From Candidatus Tepidifontimicrobium thermophilum (GTDB lineage: Bacteria > Sysuimicrobiota > Sysuimicrobiia > Sysuimicrobiales > Sysuimicrobiaceae): a stretch of 64,000 nt of DNA. Position numbers and translations under genes: made by a program. Where the stretch lies: positions 32,001-96,000 of the forward strand of contig JAVKHO010000003.1 of the NCBI GenBank assembly GCA_031459915.1, in the 5' to 3' direction. Of the stretch, positions 57,728 to 64,000 are shown in pieces (within the stretch, counting starts at the first letter, position 1; each line of letters opens with the position of its first letter). The notes beneath the pieces are model-generated. The model ran no database searches. It worked only from the letters and a program-made list of their open reading frames with translations, and was not told the DNA's origin.

Positions 57728-59278
57728 CTAGCGGTACTTGATGCTGGTCACCTTGGGCTGCAGGAAGTATAGGAGGTAATCGGGGCCGCCGACCTTGGCG
57801 TCCGTTCCGCTCATGTTGAAGCCGCCGAAGGGATGGACCCCCACCAGCGCCCCCGTGCACTTCCGGTTGATGTACAGATTGCCGCAGTGGAACTCGGCTC
57901 GCGCCTTTGCGATGCGGTCCGGATCCCGGGTGAACACCGCCCCCGTGAGCCCGTAGTCGGTGGCGTTGGCGATCTCCAGAGCGTGGTCGAAGTCGCGCGC
58001 GCGGATCACGGCCACCACGGGGCCGAAGATCTCCTCCTGGGCGATCCGGGCATGGGGGCTCACGTCTGCGAACACCGTGGGCTGGATGTAGTAGCCTTCC
58101 CCGTCCCCGGACTCCCCGCCACACAGCAGCCGCCCCTCGCGCTTTCCTACCTCGATGTACTCCAGGATGGTGCGATACGCGCGTTCGTTGATCACCGGAC
58201 CCACGGGGTAGTTGTCCTTCGCGGGCCCCACCTGCAGGGCCCGCACGCGCTCCACAAAGGCCTCCACAACTCGGTCGTAGACCGGACCGGTCACCACCAG
58301 CCGCGAGCCCGCGGAGCACTTCTGCCCTTGGTACCCGTACCCGGAGACCACCGCGGCGGCCACCGCCTCCTCCAGGTCCGCGTCCTCCGCGACCACCACC
58401 GCGTTCTTGCCTCCCATTTCCGCGATGACCCGCTTGAGCCATACCTGCCCCGGCTGGACCCTGGCGGCCTGCTCGTAGATCCGGCAGCCCACCTCCCGAG
58501 AGCCGGTGAAGGCGACCATCCGCACCCGTGGGTGGGTTACGAGCGAGTCCCCGACGACGGAACCGGAGCCGGGGACGACGTTGAGGACCCCGGGCGGTAG
58601 GCCTGCCTGCTCCATGACCTCCACGAACGTGTAGACGGTAGCTGGGGCGTCACTGCTCGGCTTGAGGACGACCGTGTTCCCGGCCGCGATGGCGCCGAGG
58701 GCCATCCCCATGGGGATGGCCAGGGGGAAGTTCCACGGCGGGATCACCGCCACCACCCCCAGTGGCTCGTACGTGTAGTACGAGACCTCCTGCGGGTGGG
58801 GGGTTGTGGGCTTGCCCTCCGCGTACCGCAGGATCTCCCGGGCGAAGTACTCCAGGTGGTCGATGGCCTCCGCCACGTCCGCGTCCGCCTCTGCCCAGTT
58901 CTTGCCCACCTCCAGCACCATCCACGCCGCGGCCTCGAACTTCCGGCGGCGGAGGAGTTCCGCGGCGCGCAGGAACAGTGCGGCCTTCTCCTCCGGCGGC
59001 ACTCGCTTCCACAGGGGAAACGCCAGCCACGCCGCGTCCACCGCGCGATCCACCAGCTCCGGGGAGCCCAGGGGCGCCCGGGCCACCACCTCGTCCTTCT
59101 TCGAGGGGTTGCGGGAGTCGAACCGGTCGCGCGCGTGCAGCCGCTCGCCCCCCACGACCGCGGGGAGCTCCAGGCCCACCCGCGCCTGCACGGCAGCGAT
59201 CGCCTCCCGCATGGCCTTCTGATTGACGTCCGAGCTGAAGTCCGTGAAGGGCTCGTTGCGGAACTCGGGTAAGGCCAT
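57728..59278 (-). CDS. pruA: L-glutamate gamma-semialdehyde (P5C) dehydrogenase
   Basis: FRNEPFTDF, EVGKNW.EADAD.AEAID, PWNFP, AEMGGKN, GQKCSAGSR, NRKCTGALVG.HPFGGFNMSGTD. Confidence 0.95.
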   Translation of the reverse strand: MALPEFRNEPFTDFSSDVNQKAMREAIAAVQARVGLELPAVVGGERLHARDRFDSRNPSKKDEVVARAPLGSPELVDRAVDAAWLAFPLWKRVPPEEKAALFLRAAELLRRRKFEAAAWMVLEVGKNWAEADADVAEAIDHLEYFAREILRYAEGKPTTPHPQEVSYYTYEPLGVVAVIPPWNFPLAIPMGMALGAIAAGNTVVLKPSSDAPATVYTFVEVMEQAGLPPGVLNVVPGSGSVVGDSLVTHPRVRMVAFTGSREVGCRIYEQAARVQPGQVWLKRVIAEMGGKNAVVVAEDADLEEAVAAAVVSGYGYQGQKCSAGSRLVVTGPVYDRVVEAFVERVRALQVGPAKDNYPVGPVINERAYRTILEYIEVGKREGRLLCGGESGDGEGYYIQPTVFADVSPHARIAQEEIFGPVVAVIRARDFDHALEIANATDYGLTGAVFTRDPDRIAKARAEFHCGNLYINRKCTGALVGVHPFGGFNMSGTDAKVGGPDYLLYFLQPKVTSIKYR

Positions 59279-59439
59279 GCGTCACCCCCAAGCGTATTGC
59301 CAGCGGCCCCATTATAGCCGCACGCGACCGGCGCGGGGCGAACCGGTGTCAGCCCCGGCTGGGCACTCCCAGGGCTGGCTGGGGCACGGAGCCAGTTCGG
59401 GGGCCCGGGCCCCCTTGCGGGGAGTCCAGGGATCTGATA

Positions 59440-59461
59440 TTGTCACAATCAACTATGACAA
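59440..59461. promoter_or_regulatory. Inverted repeat TTGTCA-N10-TGACAA, probable operator
   Basis: AT-rich dyad between divergent pruA and GntR genes. Confidence 0.55.
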
Positions 59462-60471
59462 AAGGCCAAAATCGTGCCGCGCTACACCCTCCCCTGGCGG
59501 TGGACAGCCGGCTCGCTGAACCGCTGCAGGCACAGCTGGCAGAGCAGATCCGCTGGCTGGTGGCCCTGGGCGAGCTCAAAGCCGGAGACCGCTTGCCCAC
59601 CGTCGAGGAGCTGGCACGGCACCTGCGGGTGCACCGGAACACGGTGGCCGCGGTCTATGCGAGCCTGCAGGAGGAAGGCTACCTGGTGTCGCGCCGAGGC
59701 GCGGGCACCTTCGTGGCAGACGCCGAGGCGACGCGAGCGGCGCTGCAGCGGGCGGCCCTGCGGGAGGTGGTGGAGCGGGCGCTGGAACGGGCCGCGGAGA
59801 TGGGGTTCACGCCTGAGGAGTTTGCGGAGGCGGCGGGGGCCCTGGCGCGCATGCAGGAGGCGCGTCGGATGCAGCGGCGCGTGCTGTTCGTCGAGTGCAA
59901 CGTGCCGGAGATCCAGCAACACAGCCGTACCCTCAACCGGGAACTTGGCGTGGCGGTGGAGGGTGTGCACCTGGACGACGTCCGTCGTGACCCCGCTGGA
60001 TTCCGTCGGCAGGCTGCGGAGGTCGGTTGCGTGGTGACGACGTTCTTTCACTTCGAGGAAGTACAGCGCGTCATCCGGCGCGCCGCGGAAGTGGTGGGCC
60101 TGGGAGCCGGACTCGAAATTCGGTTCCTGCGCTCCCTAGCACAGCTGCCCGCGGGGACGCGGGTGGCGGTTTGCTGCCTGGACCGTGAGCGGGCTGCGAG
60201 AGTCCGTACCCTCGTGGTCAACGCGGGGGTTCGCCACCTGGCTGTGGTGGCAGTGGGGGTGGACGCCCCGGACCGCTTTCGACGGGCCCTGAGGGACGCA
60301 CAGGAGGTGTACGTGTCCGCCGCGGCCTACCCCGTGGCGAAGCGCTTGGTCGGGGAACAGGGTCGGCTGCACACATACCAGATGGAACTGGACCGCGCCA
60401 GCCTGGAGATGCTAAGGGCCAGGCTGGCGGAGATGCCTGCGAGGCTGCGGCCTCAGCGGAGGCGGACCTGA
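59455..60471 (+). CDS. GntR family regulator with a long C-terminal effector domain
   Basis: QL.EQIR....G.L..GDRLPT...LA..L.VHRNTV...Y..L...G.....G.GTFV; start uncertain. Confidence 0.85.
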   Translation: MTKGQNRAALHPPLAVDSRLAEPLQAQLAEQIRWLVALGELKAGDRLPTVEELARHLRVHRNTVAAVYASLQEEGYLVSRRGAGTFVADAEATRAALQRAALREVVERALERAAEMGFTPEEFAEAAGALARMQEARRMQRRVLFVECNVPEIQQHSRTLNRELGVAVEGVHLDDVRRDPAGFRRQAAEVGCVVTTFFHFEEVQRVIRRAAEVVGLGAGLEIRFLRSLAQLPAGTRVAVCCLDRERAARVRTLVVNAGVRHLAVVAVGVDAPDRFRRALRDAQEVYVSAAAYPVAKRLVGEQGRLHTYQMELDRASLEMLRARLAEMPARLRPQRRRT

Positions 60472-60547
60472 ACCGCGGCGCAGCGGGGTGGAAGATCCCG
60501 CTGGACGGTGCTGCCCCCAAGTCGTGAGCCAGGGGCGAGGAGGCGGG

Positions 60548-61507
60548 ATGAGCGCGCGGCAGGAAGTGCGGGACGGGGCGGAGAGGGGCGTGTGGCTGGC
60601 CCTTGCAACGGTGTACCTCGTGTGGGGATCCTCCTACCTCGGCATCCGGGTAGCGCTGGAAGGGTTCCCCCCGTTCCTGCTCGGGGCTGGTCGGTTCATC
60701 GTCGCGGGCCTGGCCCTGTACGTGTTCCTGCGCTTGCGCGGCGAGCGGGCTCCCACGGCGGCGGAGTGGAAGGGGGCGGGTGTCGTGGGCCTGCTGCTGC
60801 TCGTGGGCGGGAACGGGCTCGTGACGTTCGCGCAGCAGTGGGTGGCATCCGGGCTCGCGTCCGTAGTCGTGGCCACGGTGCCCCTGTGGGCCGGGGTGTT
60901 CTCGGGGCTGTCGGGCCACTGGCCCAACCGGTGGGAGCGCTCGGGTCTTCTCCTCGGGTTCGCGGGAGTCGCGCTGCTGCAGGGGGAACAGGGCCTGCGG
61001 GGCCAGCCCGCGGCTGCCGCGGCCCTAGTCCTCGCGGCGGTTCTGTGGGCCGCGGGGTCCGTGTGGAGCCAGCGGGTGCGACTCCCCTCAGGGCTCTTGG
61101 GGAGTGCGGCACAGATGATCGTGGGTGGCGCGGCGCTGCTGGGGATGTCGCTATTAGGCGGCGAGCGCTTGGACGGCCCCGTACCCGTCCGCGCATGGGT
61201 AGCGGCCGGCTACCTGACGGTATTCGGGTCCCTTCTGGCGTTCAGCGCGTACGCCTACCTCCTGCGGCGAGTGCGGCCGGGGCTCGCTACGAGCCACGCG
61301 TATGTCAACCCCGTGGTGGCGGTGACCTTAGGGGGGCTGGTGATGGGCGAAGCGGTGAGCCTGCCGGGCTTGGGAGGGATCGGGCTGACCTTGGCGGGCG
61401 TGTTGTTGGTGCTGATAGGACGGGAGGTTCGCCAGGAACGGAAGACACGGGTGCAGGCCACAGACAACCGAGGAGGTGCGGGGTGCTACACGACACGTGG
61501 TTGCTGA
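60548..61507 (+). CDS. yedA: EamA/DMT transporter (YedA-like)
   Basis: VYLVWGSSYL.IR, FPPF...RF, GGNGLV..A, FGS..AFSAY.YLL, YVNPVVAV.LG. Confidence 0.88.
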   Translation: MSARQEVRDGAERGVWLALATVYLVWGSSYLGIRVALEGFPPFLLGAGRFIVAGLALYVFLRLRGERAPTAAEWKGAGVVGLLLLVGGNGLVTFAQQWVASGLASVVVATVPLWAGVFSGLSGHWPNRWERSGLLLGFAGVALLQGEQGLRGQPAAAAALVLAAVLWAAGSVWSQRVRLPSGLLGSAAQMIVGGAALLGMSLLGGERLDGPVPVRAWVAAGYLTVFGSLLAFSAYAYLLRRVRPGLATSHAYVNPVVAVTLGGLVMGEAVSLPGLGGIGLTLAGVLLVLIGREVRQERKTRVQATDNRGGAGCYTTRGC

Positions 61508-61689
61508 TGGAGCTGGCCGCGCAGCGTATCAGGCAGGAGCTGCGGGATGCGGAGACTGCTCGCAGGGCGCGGCTGGCGGAGGCAACTTTCCACGCGCCGG
61601 GCGGGGCCCGGGGGGGCAGAGGGGTCGTCTTGGCCGTTTGGGGCGCCGTGCGTGGGGCGGCGTACGCGGTGGCGCGGGCCGTGCGTTGA
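61483..61689 (+). CDS. Small hypothetical protein (about 68 aa)
   Basis: GAGGAGG SD then GTG; charged helix ELAAQRIRQELRDAETARRAR and an amphipathic C-terminus. Confidence 0.5.
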   Translation: MLHDTWLLMELAAQRIRQELRDAETARRARLAEATFHAPGGARGGRGVVLAVWGAVRGAAYAVARAVR

Positions 61690-61696
61690 GAGCGGC

Positions 61697-61871
61697 TTGC
61701 GCGTTGGAGGGCGACGTGGTAGCGTAGCAGGGTCGTCATTGCTGGACCCGGGGTGCGAGAGACCCCCGGTGTGTTTCGCGGGCCTTCTTCGGTCGGGGAC
61801 GGGTCGGGCGAGACACGGGGTGCCGACACCGAAACCCCGCGGCGGTGTCCGCGGCCGAAGGAGGCGGAAGA
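61697..61871 (+). promoter_or_regulatory. Promoter and structured 5' leader of the DEAD-box helicase gene
   Basis: TTGCGC-17-TAGCGT; 18/19-bp stem pairing 61782-61800 with 61847-61865 covers the SD. Confidence 0.6.
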
Positions 61872-63074
61872 ATGTCTACGACTGTTCCGAGGGGTTCGCA
61901 CGCAGGATCCCTCCCCACACACAGGAGCCGGGCGCCCAGTCAGGGTCCCGAATCCTTCACAGCGTTGAACTTGAGCCCGCAGACGCTGGCGGGCGTGCGG
62001 TCGCTCCGCTGGGAGGCCCCGACTCCCGTCCAGCTCCAGGCTGTCCCGCTGCTGCTGGCAGGCCGCGACGTGGCGGTACAGGCGCAGACCGGTTCGGGTA
62101 AGACTGCGGCCTACGGGATCCCGGTGGTGGAGCGGGTGGAGCCTGGTGGCGAGCCCGTGCAGGCGCTCGTGCTCGTGCCGACCCGGGAGCTCGCGCTGCA
62201 GGTGGGAGAACACCTGCGGGCTCTGGCACGGGGACGGCCGATCCGGTTGGCCTGCCTGTACGGTGGCGGGTCCGTGGGAGCCCAGCTGGACGCGTTGCGG
62301 CGGCAGCCGCAGGTGGTGGTGGCCACTCCCGGCCGGCTCCTGGACTTCCTGGGCCGGGGTGCCGTGCACCTGGGCTCGGTACGGATGGCGGTGCTGGACG
62401 AGGCGGACCGCATGCTGGAGGTCGGGTTTCTGCCCGACGTAGAACGGATCCTGGGTGCCACGCCGAAGGGGCGGCAGACAGCGCTGTTTTCTGCCACCCT
62501 GCCTTCGGCGGTCACCGGGCTTGTCCGACGGACGCTGCGGGACCCCGTGTGGGTGCGGATTGAGGGGCCGGTGCCCACCGTGGACGGAGTCCTGCAGTTC
62601 TACGTGGAAGTCGCCGAGCAGGACAAGCTCCGGGCCCTGCGGGCGCTGCTCCGGAGCGAGCCGGTGCGCTCCGCCCTGGTCTTCCGGAGGACCCAGCGGG
62701 CCGCGCAGCGGCTGGCGGACGTGCTGGGGCGCGAGCAGCTGGGGGTGGCCGCCCTCCACGGGGGCATGCGGCAAGGCGCCAGGTTCGCCGCCCTCCGGGC
62801 GTTCGCGTCAGGCCGCACACCCGTCCTGGTGGTGACCAACGTGGCCTCGCGCGGCCTGGACCTCCCTAGGGTGTCACACGTGGTCAACTTTGACATGCCG
62901 GAGGACGTGGAAACCTACGTACACCGGGTGGGTCGCACCGCGCGGGCGGGCGCCACGGGGACCGCCATTACGCTGGTGGGCCAGTACGACATGGAGATGT
63001 TCGACCGCCTGCAGCAGGTGTTGGGACCACGGTGGCAGCGCCACCCCCTGGACCTGTACGCGGGCGGGGGATGA
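61872..63074 (+). CDS. DEAD-box ATP-dependent RNA helicase
   Basis: Q motif PTPVQ, AQTGSGKT, PTRELA.Q, TPGR, DEAD, SAT, RGLD, HRVGRTARAG. Confidence 0.95.
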   Translation: MSTTVPRGSHAGSLPTHRSRAPSQGPESFTALNLSPQTLAGVRSLRWEAPTPVQLQAVPLLLAGRDVAVQAQTGSGKTAAYGIPVVERVEPGGEPVQALVLVPTRELALQVGEHLRALARGRPIRLACLYGGGSVGAQLDALRRQPQVVVATPGRLLDFLGRGAVHLGSVRMAVLDEADRMLEVGFLPDVERILGATPKGRQTALFSATLPSAVTGLVRRTLRDPVWVRIEGPVPTVDGVLQFYVEVAEQDKLRALRALLRSEPVRSALVFRRTQRAAQRLADVLGREQLGVAALHGGMRQGARFAALRAFASGRTPVLVVTNVASRGLDLPRVSHVVNFDMPEDVETYVHRVGRTARAGATGTAITLVGQYDMEMFDRLQQVLGPRWQRHPLDLYAGGG

Positions 63075-63104
63075 GGCCCTCGACGGCGTGTTTCCCAGGG
63101 CCGG

Positions 63105-63656
63105 TCAGCGGCCCCACAGTCCTCGCCGCGTCGCCTGCGCGTCCTGCTGGCAGGCGGTGAAGCGCTCTGCGTAGCGCAGGTTTGGGGGGACTGGGTGAGC
63201 CCACGCGTACCCTTGCCGGACGAGCTCGAGGTTGAACAGCACCTGGCCCGTCCACACGTACGCGAGGAGCCGGCCGAATTCGTCTCGCTGCTGGACGTCC
63301 AGCTCCACGCCCACGGCCCGGCCGGCCAGGGACCGGCGGGCGAAGCTGTACGCGGCGTTCGCCCAGCGGCGGAGCGCTTGGGGGGGCACTCCCGTCTGGC
63401 GTGCCTGATGCTCCAGTCGCGGACCCGGGAAACGCTCGGGCGCGTCCAGCCCGATCAGCCGTATCCGTTCTTCCCCGTCGTCCAACCGGGCCCGGAGGGT
63501 GTCCCCGTCCACCACCCGAACCACGCGGGCCTCGGGTAGCGCGTCCGGCCGCGGGGGGTGGGAGCAGGGAGGGGGTGGCCCCGTGGGCTCAGCGCCAGCC
63601 AGGGCAAGCAGCGCGGCTACGAGGCCGATCAGCCCGCGCACGGCGCGCGAGGTCAC
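63105..63656 (-). CDS. Thermonuclease (SNase) family protein, probably exported
   Basis: N-terminal hydrophobic segment, VVDGDT, RLIGLDAPE, D.FGRLLAYV, LV..GYA, GLW. Confidence 0.9.
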   Translation of the reverse strand: MTSRAVRGLIGLVAALLALAGAEPTGPPPPCSHPPRPDALPEARVVRVVDGDTLRARLDDGEERIRLIGLDAPERFPGPRLEHQARQTGVPPQALRRWANAAYSFARRSLAGRAVGVELDVQQRDEFGRLLAYVWTGQVLFNLELVRQGYAWAHPVPPNLRYAERFTACQQDAQATRRGLWGR

Positions 63657-64000
63657 TTTGCCTGGGCGGCGATCTCCCGAAGCCGGGCCGCAGCGCCCGG
63701 CCCGAAGACGCCTCCGTGGTAGCAGACCACGTACTCCGGCTCGAGGGCGGCGAGCTTGGCCACGGAGCGCAGGGCCTCCTCCATGTTCAGGGTGACCTCG
63801 GGGCGGGGGCCCTGTAACTGTCCGTCGGCGACCACCAAGGCGTCACCGGCTAGCAGGACCCGGTGGGCCTCCAGGTACAGGCTGAGGTGACCGGGGGTGT
63901 GGCCGGGCGTGTAAACGACCCGGATCCCACCGGCAGTGGGCAGACGCTCGCCGTCCTGCAGGTAGCGGGAGACCCGGACCCGCGGTGGGTGGTGAGCCCA
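63653..64000 (-). CDS. MBL-fold metallo-hydrolase (5' part beyond the window)
   Basis: TPGHTPGHLSLY, LLAGDAL, C-terminal CYHGG. Confidence 0.85.
   Translation of the reverse strand, partial: WAHHPPRVRVSRYLQDGERLPTAGGIRVVYTPGHTPGHLSLYLEAHRVLLAGDALVVADGQLQGPRPEVTLNMEEALRSVAKLAALEPEYVVCYHGGVFGPGAAARLREIAAQAK

Noticed and set aside
61872..64000. Helicase plus nuclease plus MBL hydrolase as an anti-phage defence system
   Set aside because: The helicase is an ordinary DEAD-box RNA helicase on the opposite strand and the nuclease appears exported; no defence-type architecture

Overview
High-GC, gene-dense bacterial chromosome segment. A V/A-type ATPase, non-lipidated periplasmic binding proteins and apparent leaderless promoters suggest a diderm bacterium, possibly Armatimonadota- or Thermus-like (inference only). 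The left end is housekeeping: V-ATPase A/B/D, DUF881-sbp, gap-pgk-tpiA, a chromate-transporter remnant, secG and tRNA-Leu(GAG). About 49 kb of mostly catabolic genes lie between tRNA-Leu and an inward-facing tRNA-Ala(TGC): (i) two BMP-type nucleoside/nucleobase ABC systems around fdrA-ylbE, with a fused AccD-AccA, a cyclase-family hydrolase and a family III CoA-transferase, and 14 kb away a CoxL/G/M/S-like molybdo-hydroxylase operon ending in DUF2877; (ii) a putative amino-glycolipid cluster; (iii) a GAF-GGDEF gene and an M3 peptidase; (iv) an itaconate/C5-dicarboxylate-type cluster and a second organic-acid cluster that share a 19-bp operator-like motif. The right end has pruA, a long GntR, EamA, a small ORF, a DEAD-box helicase with a possible bistable SD-sequestering leader, a thermonuclease and a partial MBL hydrolase. 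I saw no CRISPR array, rRNA, integrase or transposase. All functional calls come from motif recognition without database searches.
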